56,020 nt of DNA from Gammaproteobacteria bacterium (GTDB lineage Bacteria > Pseudomonadota > Gammaproteobacteria > JACCXJ01): contig JBOIDT010000002.1 of NCBI GenBank assembly GCA_050740755.1, forward strand, positions 1 through 56,020, read 5' to 3'. Positions 1 to 7,517 of the stretch are shown here, in pieces (the first letter of the stretch is position 1; each line of letters opens with the position of its first letter). Under the pieces are notes generated by a model. It did no database searches. It was not told where the DNA came from and was given only the letters and a program-made list of their open reading frames with translations. Position numbers and translations under genes: made by a program.

Positions 1-153
1 GGGCTCGTGCCCCGACAGCTTCTCACTCGCATTAGGCCGAGGATCGTCTGCCAGTCCTTCGATACGCCTGAGAATCCGCACGACATCCCGCTTCTGGATT
101 GGGCGCAAATCCTTAGAAACTGACCTTTTAAAGACCAGCCTATAATTTGCCAT
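1..153 (-). CDS. RelE/ParE-family type II toxin (C-terminal end lies outside the window)
   Basis: ATG at 151-153 (minus). Translation MANYRLVFKRSVSKDLRPIQKRDVVRILRRIEGLADDPRPNASEKLSGHEP resembles the usual RelE/ParE N-terminus. It begins 7 nt after the stop of the RHH antitoxin ORF. Confidence 0.7.
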   Translation of the reverse strand, partial: MANYRLVFKRSVSKDLRPIQKRDVVRILRRIEGLADDPRPNASEKLSGHEP

Positions 154-159
154 TGGCTT

Positions 160-372
160 TTAGGTCTTCAGAAGCTCTTCATAGCTCAGCGTGGGCTCAG
201 ACGCGCGCTCTTCGAACGCCGCCAAATCCTCCTGATCCTCTGCCAGTGCTGCCCGGACCGCTTCGTTAACAATCTCGGACATAGAACGATGAGAGTGGGC
301 CGCCTTGAGACGCAAAGCAGCGTGAAGCTGTGAATCAAAGTAGATTGTGGAACGCTTGAATACTTCGCCCAT
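160..372 (-). CDS. Ribbon-helix-helix (CopG/ParD-like) antitoxin
   Basis: 70-aa ORF. RSTIYFDSQLHAALRLKAAHSHRSMSEIVNEAV is a typical RHH strand-helix-helix. Directly upstream of and co-oriented with the RelE/ParE ORF. Confidence 0.75.
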   Translation of the reverse strand: MGEVFKRSTIYFDSQLHAALRLKAAHSHRSMSEIVNEAVRAALAEDQEDLAAFEERASEPTLSYEELLKT

Positions 373-446
373 GACGCATTTACCTCCTTCAGAGGCGGAT
401 AGTATAGCGTCATAACGTCAAGGCATCAAAACGCAGTAGTGGCAGG

Positions 447-992
447 TTGGGCATAAGCGCAGCGTTGCCCAACACTTCGGGGGACCGAGGGGCGATGCCG
501 CCGCCGTTTATCCGGCGCCGTTGCCGGGTTCGAGCCTGGGAATGTCCGGCATGGGAACACATGCCCGACCTACCCGGCTCATCACATGAACGGCGCCGGG
601 GCAGAGCAGGCGCAAGCGAGGACGGGCGGCGCAGGTGCGCGGCGGGCTGGCCGGCGGCCTCGCCAGCGCGATCCCCGGCCGTCGAGGAGACAGAAGGCGC
701 GCTTCAGGCGGCCATCGAATCGCGCATCGAAGACGGTATGGATCTGCCCATACCCTCGCGTTCACGCAAGGGCGAGCATTCGGTCCATGTGCCAGTCTCG
801 ACCGCTATGAAGGCCGCCCTCTACATCGCCATGCGTGAACAGGGGGTGAGCAAGAGCGAGCTGGCGCGGCGCTTGGGCCTGGATGAAAAGGAAGCGCGGC
901 GCATGCTGAACCCCAGGTACGCGACCAAGGTAGCGGCGCATGAGCGGGCGCTGCATGCGCTCGGCAAACGTGTTGAAGTCGTGGTGGGGTAA
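447..992 (+). CDS. HicB-family antitoxin-like protein; only the C-terminal part (about 681-992) is recognisable, the N-terminal half is Arg/Pro-rich and probably degraded, and no hicA is present
   Basis: C-terminal EGALQAAIESRIEDGMDLPIPS...AALYIAMREQGVSKSELARRLGLDEKEARRMLNPRY...LHALGKRVEVVV matches the HicB linker plus HTH domain. Upstream frames show no HicA-like ORF. Confidence 0.45.
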   Translation: MGISAALPNTSGDRGAMPPPFIRRRCRVRAWECPAWEHMPDLPGSSHERRRGRAGASEDGRRRCAAGWPAASPARSPAVEETEGALQAAIESRIEDGMDLPIPSRSRKGEHSVHVPVSTAMKAALYIAMREQGVSKSELARRLGLDEKEARRMLNPRYATKVAAHERALHALGKRVEVVVG

Positions 993-1385
993 ACCGTGAG
1001 TTCTGTGGTGAGCTATAGCAAAAGAGGCGCGAATCCTCGACGCGCGTAATGCGGAAGGGTAGGGGGTTCCGAGCGGCTACGGTGCACCGGATTGATGATC
1101 CGCGTGCGCACCGCAAACAGCGCGATGCACACCCTACGACTGACCAGCCCGCCCCGGTGGACCTGGCGCGGCCGGCAACGCACGGTGAGTGGCTACCGCG
1201 GTTGGTTCGGAGATCCTCTGGACGAGGAGACGATCGGGGGCGTACTCGGCACGGGATGGTCTTGGCTAAGCTGGCTAGGCATGCTAAGATGAAATCCATT
1301 GCGAACGGAGAACGCCGATGCAAGTCAATGTATTGGGGTCGATAGGTAGCTTACGATTTCAAGTAGGTTTCGCTAGACTTGCGGC

Positions 1386-1769
1386 ATGGAGATATTCAAG
1401 GAGTTTTCGATCGAGGCGGCCCACTACCTACCGAACCTGCCGGTGGGCCACAAGTGCCGGCGGCTGCACGGGCACTCGTTTCGGATCGGGGTGTACGTGC
1501 GCGGGGATTGCGACCCCAAGAGCGGCTGGGTCATGGACTTCGCCGACATCACGGAGAAGTTTCAGCCGCTCTTCGAGCGCTTGGACCATTATTGCCTGAA
1601 CGAGGTCCAAGGGCTCGAGAACCCGACGAGCGAGAACCTGGCGCGCTGGGTGTGGACACGGCTCGCAGCCGAGATCCCGGGACTCACCCAGATCGTGATC
1701 CGTGAGACCTGCAGTGCCGGCTGCGTCTACCGCGGCGAGGCCGAGCAGAGCCAACATAGGTGTTTTTAA
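1386..1769 (+). CDS. queD: 6-carboxy-5,6,7,8-tetrahydropterin synthase (6-pyruvoyl-tetrahydropterin synthase family)
   Basis: MEIFKEFSIEAAHYLPNLPVGHKCRRLHGHSF...VMDFADI...LDHYCLNE is the QueD/PTPS signature, including the CxxxHGH zinc site. Confidence 0.9.
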   Translation: MEIFKEFSIEAAHYLPNLPVGHKCRRLHGHSFRIGVYVRGDCDPKSGWVMDFADITEKFQPLFERLDHYCLNEVQGLENPTSENLARWVWTRLAAEIPGLTQIVIRETCSAGCVYRGEAEQSQHRCF

Positions 1770-1791
1770 GATACCGCGCCAGGAGGCGTTG

Positions 1792-2145
1792 ATGACCCAG
1801 CTTGCAGGAAGGCGTTGTAAACCCTGTGAAGGCGGCACACCGTGTCTCGGTGCTGCGGAGGCCCGGGCGCTCCTTCGCGACACCGTCGGCTGGCGGCTCG
1901 ACGAGCCGGGCGGGACCATCAGCAAGGTCTACCCGTTTCGGAACTACTACGAGACCCTGGCCTTCGCCAACGCCGTGGCCTTCGTCGCCCACCGGGAGGA
2001 CCATCACCCGGTGATGATCGTCGGCTACCGGCAGTGCGAGGTGCGCTACACCACCCATGCCATCTCGGGCTTGTCGGAGAACGACTTCATCTGCGCGGCC
2101 AAGGTCGATCAGCTTTTCGGTGCAGCCCCCGAGGGCTCGAGCTGA
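1792..2145 (+). CDS. phhB: 4a-hydroxytetrahydrobiopterin (pterin-4a-carbinolamine) dehydratase
   Basis: ATG at 1792 follows AGGAGG at 1781-1786. YYETLAFANAVAFVAHREDHHPVMIVGYRQCEVRYTTHAISGLSENDF is the PCD motif. Confidence 0.85.
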   Translation: MTQLAGRRCKPCEGGTPCLGAAEARALLRDTVGWRLDEPGGTISKVYPFRNYYETLAFANAVAFVAHREDHHPVMIVGYRQCEVRYTTHAISGLSENDFICAAKVDQLFGAAPEGSS

Positions 2146-2249
2146 CCGATCCAGCCGGGTGGGCCGACCGGCCCGGCTCGTCGCGACCCGGCCGATCGGG
2201 CGCGTATACTAGGCGCTCCGTCGGCGAGCAAGCCGCCCAAAAAGACCCC

Positions 2250-3257
2250 ATGGCACTGACCGATAGCCTCGGACGCCCGCTGCGCGATCTGCGCATCTCG
2301 GTCACCGACCGCTGCAACTTCCGCTGTCCCTATTGCATGCCCAAGGAGGTGTTCGGGCGGGAATGGGCGTTCCTGCCGCGCCGCGAGCTCCTGTCCTTCG
2401 AGGAGATCACGCGTCTGTCGCGCCTGTTCGCGGGACACGGGGTGAGCAAGATCCGCGTCACCGGGGGCGAGCCGCTGCTGCGTCGGGATCTGCCGAGGCT
2501 CATCGCCGGGCTCGTGGATATCGAGGGGGTGCGGGAGGTGACACTGACCACCAACGGCTCGCTCCTCGGCCGCATGGCCGCGGGACTGAGATCGGCGGGT
2601 CTGACCCGCCTCACCGTGAGCCTGGATGCCCTGGAGGACGGGGTCTTCCGCGCCATGAACGATGTCGATTTCCCCGTGGAGCGGGTGCTCGAAGGGATCT
2701 CCGCGGCCGCGAACGTCGGGTTCAGCCCCATCAAGATCAACATGGTCGTCAAGCGCGGCGTGAACGAGCAGGCGCTCCCGGAGATGGCGCGTTACTGCCG
2801 CGCCGGTGCCCATGTCCTGCGCTGCATCGAGTACATGGACGTGGGCCATACCAACGGTTGGCGGCTCGAGGACGTGGTGCCGGCGCCCGAGATCCTGGCG
2901 ATCCTCGGGTCGGAATGGCCGCTCGAAGCACTCGCGCCGGGCTATTTCGGGGAGGTCGCGAGCCGCTACCGTTATCGGGACGGTGGCGGGGAGATCGGTA
3001 TCATCGCCTCCGTGACCCAGCCCTTCTGCCGCGCCTGCACCCGCGTGCGGGTGACCGCCGATGGGCACCTCTACACCTGCCTGTTCGCGACCCGCGGCCA
3101 CGATCTGCGCGGCCTCCTGCGGGGCGGCGCGAGCGATGACGATATCGCGGCTCTCCTCTGCGCCCTGTGGCACCGGCGCACCGATCGCTACTCGGAGCGG
3201 CGCAGTGCCGAGACCGTGGGGCTGCGCAAGGTCGAGATGTCGCGCGTGGGCGGTTGA
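2250..3257 (+). CDS. moaA: GTP 3',8-cyclase (molybdenum cofactor biosynthesis protein A)
   Basis: MALTDSLGRPLRDLRISVTDRCNFRCPYCMP contains the radical-SAM CxxxCxxC motif, with a C-terminal CRACTRVRVTADGHLYTCLF cluster. The 471-aa ORF in the track is an upstream extension overlapping phhB. Confidence 0.92.
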   Translation: MALTDSLGRPLRDLRISVTDRCNFRCPYCMPKEVFGREWAFLPRRELLSFEEITRLSRLFAGHGVSKIRVTGGEPLLRRDLPRLIAGLVDIEGVREVTLTTNGSLLGRMAAGLRSAGLTRLTVSLDALEDGVFRAMNDVDFPVERVLEGISAAANVGFSPIKINMVVKRGVNEQALPEMARYCRAGAHVLRCIEYMDVGHTNGWRLEDVVPAPEILAILGSEWPLEALAPGYFGEVASRYRYRDGGGEIGIIASVTQPFCRACTRVRVTADGHLYTCLFATRGHDLRGLLRGGASDDDIAALLCALWHRRTDRYSERRSAETVGLRKVEMSRVGG

Positions 3258-3340
3258 GCCCGCGGGTCCTGTAACGGCGCCATGGGGTTGAAGACCCTTC
3301 CGGCGAACCGCGTCCAACGATCGAATACGCCGCAGCGGGG

Positions 3341-4354
3341 CTAACGCGGGCTCTCGGTGAGGATGGTTTCGTCATCTGCCTTGGAGGGCCTGGCCACCTG
3401 GAGGAGCTTCAGGGTCAGGACCCGGCCGACCTCGATCCGGGCCCCCGCGCGGACCTGGACGGACGCCCCCTTCGATACCGCGGCACCGTCGATGGCGGTG
3501 GTCCCGTCGGACACCTGGTACAGGTATAGGCCCTCGGGTCGGCGTCGCAACTCGAAGTGCCACCGCCCGATGCGCTGCAACTGGTTGGGGTCCGGGCAAG
3601 ACAGCACGATATCGTTGGCCGTCGCACCTTCGAACTCGGCGAGCCGGCCACAGGTCACGGTATCCTGCTCGGGGATCTTCAGCACCTCATCGCTCTCTTC
3701 CACCAACATGGCGGTCGGGAACAGGCTGCGGTCGCGCCAGTCGAGCACGAAGATCTCCACCGGTTGCGACACGCCCTTCACCGTCGCCGCCGGGAGCGCA
3801 CGGCAGGAGCGACGGCGCGCGGACGACAGCTCCTGGAATGCGGCGCGGGTGAGCCGGATCTCGGAACCGCTGGCGGTGCCCGTGACCCGCGAGCACAGGT
3901 TCACCGAATCCCCGGTGACCATGCTCCCATCGGTCAAGGTCCGGCCGTAATGCAGCCCGACGCGAACGGTGAGCTGGTGGTCGCGCGTGCGCGCGATGTT
4001 CTCGCGGGCCAGGGCCGTCTGCAGCTCGATGAAGGCATTGACGGCCTGTTCGGTCGCCTGAAAGCAGGTGAAGGCCCCGTCACCCGCGGTGTCGACGATG
4101 CGGCCACCCTGCTCGCGGGCGATCTGGCCCACCAGATCGATGTGGCGCTGCTGCAGCTTGCGTCCCGCCTCGTCCCCGAAGCGCGCGAAATAGGGGGTGG
4201 AGCCCACGATGTCGGAGAACGCCAGCGCCATCGAGCGTTCGAAACGCTGAGACAGGAGGCGGGAAATCTCGTTCTGCAGGCGGATCAGCTCGGTGAGCGA
4301 AAGGTCCTGCATGCGGTCGGCCAGGGTGCTCGGTTCCACGGTGCTCGGTTCCAT
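3341..4354 (-). CDS. Class III adenylate/guanylate cyclase fused to a C-terminal FHA domain
   Basis: Cyclase motifs ALAFSDIVGSTPYF, DTAGDGAFTCF and RVGLHYG lie in the N-terminal half. The C-terminal VTCGRLAEFEGATANDIVLSCPDPNQLQRIGRWHFEL...DGTTAIDGAAV is FHA-like. Confidence 0.8.
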   Translation of the reverse strand: MEPSTVEPSTLADRMQDLSLTELIRLQNEISRLLSQRFERSMALAFSDIVGSTPYFARFGDEAGRKLQQRHIDLVGQIAREQGGRIVDTAGDGAFTCFQATEQAVNAFIELQTALARENIARTRDHQLTVRVGLHYGRTLTDGSMVTGDSVNLCSRVTGTASGSEIRLTRAAFQELSSARRRSCRALPAATVKGVSQPVEIFVLDWRDRSLFPTAMLVEESDEVLKIPEQDTVTCGRLAEFEGATANDIVLSCPDPNQLQRIGRWHFELRRRPEGLYLYQVSDGTTAIDGAAVSKGASVQVRAGARIEVGRVLTLKLLQVARPSKADDETILTESPR

Positions 4355-4389
4355 GGGTGAAGAGCGCGAGGCGGCAGGAATGGTGTCGG

Positions 4390-4860
4390 TCAGGGGCGGG
4401 ACGCGATGGTGTCGGCGGCCGCCTCTGCCTTATCGCCTTCCCAACTTCCTTTACGGACCTCCCAACTGCCGGGACAACCGTAGATGTCCTGCCAGCTCCC
4501 CGTCCCCGCCCGGTTCCCCAACGTGCCCTCGAAGGTGGCGGCGTCATAGCCCTCGTAGGTGAACGCCCCGGTCATGCGGCCGCGGGCGTCGATGTTCCCT
4601 TCCAGCACGTAGCCGTAGCCCGAGTCGTCTTGCAGCTCGCCGGTGATGGTCGAGCCCTTGATCGTGAGCCGGCCCGTACCGGTCCCGTAGCCGCAGTCCT
4701 CTGCGGCGCCCGGATGAGACGCGGCGGTCTTGCCGACGACGTCCCACACGCCATCGAAGCGTGTCAGGGCGGGATCGGCCGGGGTCGCGTTGATCTCGCT
4801 ACAGCCGTTGAGAGCGCTCGCAACGAGCGGCAGGACACACCACATCATCTTTGTTTTCAT
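4390..4860 (-). CDS. Hypothetical lipoprotein
   Basis: MKTKMMWCVLPLVASALNGC is a signal peptide with a lipobox. 156 aa, Gly/Thr-rich, no family recognised. Confidence 0.55.
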   Translation of the reverse strand: MKTKMMWCVLPLVASALNGCSEINATPADPALTRFDGVWDVVGKTAASHPGAAEDCGYGTGTGRLTIKGSTITGELQDDSGYGYVLEGNIDARGRMTGAFTYEGYDAATFEGTLGNRAGTGSWQDIYGCPGSWEVRKGSWEGDKAEAAADTIASRP

Positions 4861-5111
4861 CGACGCTCCACCCACCAAGAGACCGTTGACCCGGTGATAT
4901 CTCCGGCCCGTGATATCTCCGGTATGCGCGGCGCTTCCCCGCCCCGTGCCCGCGAATCTACACCACGACGAACGCGAATTCCAGGACCAGGGATCCAGGA
5001 CTATGGGGCAGGACGGTCCCGATGGAGCGATTGCCTGGCAGGGGGCGAGCGGGCACAATGGCTCGCGGGGCTCTCGCGAACGATAGCCCGAGCACGAGCG
5101 GAGGAGTAGCC

Positions 5112-5567
5112 ATGTCCAACATGACCGAGCAGCATTCGGGCTCGCTGTCCGAATCGACGCGTTCCCCTCAGGCACGCATCGCACGAGTGGTGAGCGAGGC
5201 GAGCGGCCGGATCGGCGAGGTCGTGGGTGAGGCCGCGAGCGACATCGCGGTGGCGGTGCGGGACGAGGTCGGGCGGCTCGCCGCCCTGTTCAGGCCGGAG
5301 CTCCTCACGGTCGGCAAGGGCCTCGCGGCGCTCTGCGTCGCGGCGCTCGGAGGCCTCCTGGCGTTGGTGTTTGCGAACGTCGCGCTCCTCAATCTGCTCA
5401 CCGAGATGTTGCCGCTGCCATGGGCGGCGCTGGTGTTGGCCGGGATGTGGGCCGCCGTCGCTCTGGTGTGCCTCCGCTTTGCCCGGACCCAGCTGCAGCG
5501 GCTGATGGATCACAAGGGCGATCTCAAGAGGACGCCCGGCGATGCCCGCCCTCCGCCCGCAGGCTAG
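5112..5567 (+). CDS. Phage holin family (Holin-X / superfamily III-like) membrane protein
   Basis: GGAGGA sits before the ATG at 5112. An amphipathic N-region is followed by two TM helices (GLAALCVAALGGLLALVFANVALL, LPWAALVLAGMWAAVALVCL) and then a basic tail. Confidence 0.5.
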   Translation: MSNMTEQHSGSLSESTRSPQARIARVVSEASGRIGEVVGEAASDIAVAVRDEVGRLAALFRPELLTVGKGLAALCVAALGGLLALVFANVALLNLLTEMLPLPWAALVLAGMWAAVALVCLRFARTQLQRLMDHKGDLKRTPGDARPPPAG

Positions 5568-5595
5568 CCGGCGGCGGGCCCTGGCTCCCGCCCCG

Positions 5596-7191
5596 TCACG
5601 CGCGCTTGAAGGCCACGGCCTCGAACTGTTTGGACTCTTCGAACTCTCTGGACAGGGCCATGGGGATCTTGTAAATGTCGAAATGCCCGGAGGCATCGTA
5701 GCTCTCGTACATCTCCTGAAACTCGTGCATCCATAGCCCGAAGAAGAAGGCCAGGTCCACGTGCCTCGGGCGATGGACAAGGGTCCAGCGCACCAGTGAC
5801 CAGAAATTTCGCCGGCCTTTGCCCCTGATCCCGATGTGGTAGACCATGCGGACCACGATCCCGAAGTAACGCCGGAGCAAGGGGAGGGTCCAGCCGCCGA
5901 CGTTCTCGTGCGACGCGATCGGGCTTTGCCGGTAATCCAGGAGCATCGTCTTGGCGCGCTCGCGGACATATTCGGGGGCGTATATCGATCGCAGGACCTT
6001 CTTGTAGCCCGCCGAGAGTACCCCGGCGTCCATCTTGGGCACGATGTTGGTCTGGCTCTCGTGGAAGTCGAATTCGTAGACCAAGCGGCCCTCGCGCTTC
6101 ATGCGCTCGTAGAGCTCGGTTCCCGGGGGGGCCTTGAGCACGCTGACGCCAGCGATGACGATCCCGCTGTCCTGGATGAATTCGATCTGGCGGTCGAAGA
6201 TCGTCGGGGTGTCGGTGTCGAATCCGACGATGAAGCCGGCCGTGACCAGGAAGCCGGCCTGGTGCAGCGCACGTACGTTGTCGAGCATGTTGCGGCGCGT
6301 GTTCTGGCTCTTCTTGCAGGCCAGGAGGCCGACCTCGTCCGGGGTCTCGATGCCGACGAAGATGTGTCTGAAACCCGCTTGGCGCATGAGGTCCATGAGC
6401 TCGGTGTCGTCGGCCAGGTTGATCGTCACCTGGGTCGCGAAGCCGACGGCGGGGCGCTTCCGGCGGCGCCACTCGATGAGCGCGGGGAGCAGATCGGACT
6501 TGAGCAGTTTCTTGTTGCCGATGAGATTATCGTCCGCGAACACCACCAGATCGAAGCGGTCGAGGTCCCCCAGGGCCTCGATCTCGGCGATCATCTGCGC
6601 GGCGGTCTTGGTCCGCGGGCGGCGGCCGAAGAGGGCGGTGACATCGCAGAAATCGCACATATACGGGCAGCCGCGGGAATACTGGACGATGGCGAAACCG
6701 TAGCGGTCGAGATCGCAGAGCTCCCAGAGCGGGACCGGCGTTTGGTGTACGTCGGCCAGCTCCGATGAGCGGTAGATGGGCTTGAGACAACCTGCTTCGA
6801 GGTCCGCGACGAAGGGCGGGAGGGTCACCTCGGCCTCATTCAAGACGAAGTGATCGACTCCTGGGAAGTTCTGGTGCTCGTGGGTGAAGAGCGGTCCGCC
6901 GGCCACTACCTTGACGCCGGCCCGGCGGCAGCGCGCGATGATCTCGCGGGCCGAGCCGGCCTGGACGTTCATGGCCCCGATGAAGGCACAATCGGCCCAC
7001 GCCAGATCGTCCTCGGTGAGCGGGTCGAGGTTGAGGTCGACGAGCCGCTTGCGCCACTCCGGCGGCAACATCGCGGCCACTGTCAGCAGCCCGACGGGCG
7101 GGTAGTTCGCCTGTTTGCCGGCCATCTTCAGGAGCTGGCTCATGGACCAGAACGCGAACGGCATCTTGGGGTAGAGGAAGAGGATGTTCAT
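5596..7191 (-). CDS. B12-binding-domain radical SAM protein with DUF4070-like C-terminus
   Basis: MNILFLYPKMP...PPVGLLTVAAML resembles a cobalamin-binding domain. YSRGCPYMCDFCDV is CxxxCxxC. The C-terminal region is conserved-looking. Confidence 0.85.
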   Translation of the reverse strand: MNILFLYPKMPFAFWSMSQLLKMAGKQANYPPVGLLTVAAMLPPEWRKRLVDLNLDPLTEDDLAWADCAFIGAMNVQAGSAREIIARCRRAGVKVVAGGPLFTHEHQNFPGVDHFVLNEAEVTLPPFVADLEAGCLKPIYRSSELADVHQTPVPLWELCDLDRYGFAIVQYSRGCPYMCDFCDVTALFGRRPRTKTAAQMIAEIEALGDLDRFDLVVFADDNLIGNKKLLKSDLLPALIEWRRRKRPAVGFATQVTINLADDTELMDLMRQAGFRHIFVGIETPDEVGLLACKKSQNTRRNMLDNVRALHQAGFLVTAGFIVGFDTDTPTIFDRQIEFIQDSGIVIAGVSVLKAPPGTELYERMKREGRLVYEFDFHESQTNIVPKMDAGVLSAGYKKVLRSIYAPEYVRERAKTMLLDYRQSPIASHENVGGWTLPLLRRYFGIVVRMVYHIGIRGKGRRNFWSLVRWTLVHRPRHVDLAFFFGLWMHEFQEMYESYDASGHFDIYKIPMALSREFEESKQFEAVAFKRA

Positions 7192-7517
7192 GCGGGCCTC
7201 CGCGCGGGGAGATCGGGTTGCCTTGTTATGCCACCCGTCACGCATGCCCGCGGTCCGCCGTGGCCCGCGGCCTGAATTAAGGTGAATGGCGCGAGGGCTA
7301 GGGTATCCCGATCCGAGCGCTTGTCAAATCGCGCGCTCGGCATATCTATAACTCTGGAGGCTCGGGCACGCGCGTCCGTTGCCCGCCCGGGTCCGGCGAC
7401 GGGCGAATCCAGCAGCGAGAACCCGCCTCAATAAGCGCAGCTAATATGATGAGCCATGGGTTCTTACTTCTGGCACGTTATGGTAGGCTCGGCGGATTGG
7501 GGAGGGGAGTGCGAACG

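Noticed and set aside
505-560. tRNA-like GGGTTCGAGCC string (possible tRNA fragment or att site next to the TA genes)
   Set aside because: No T-stem with a 7-nt loop, no acceptor stem and no CCA context could be built.
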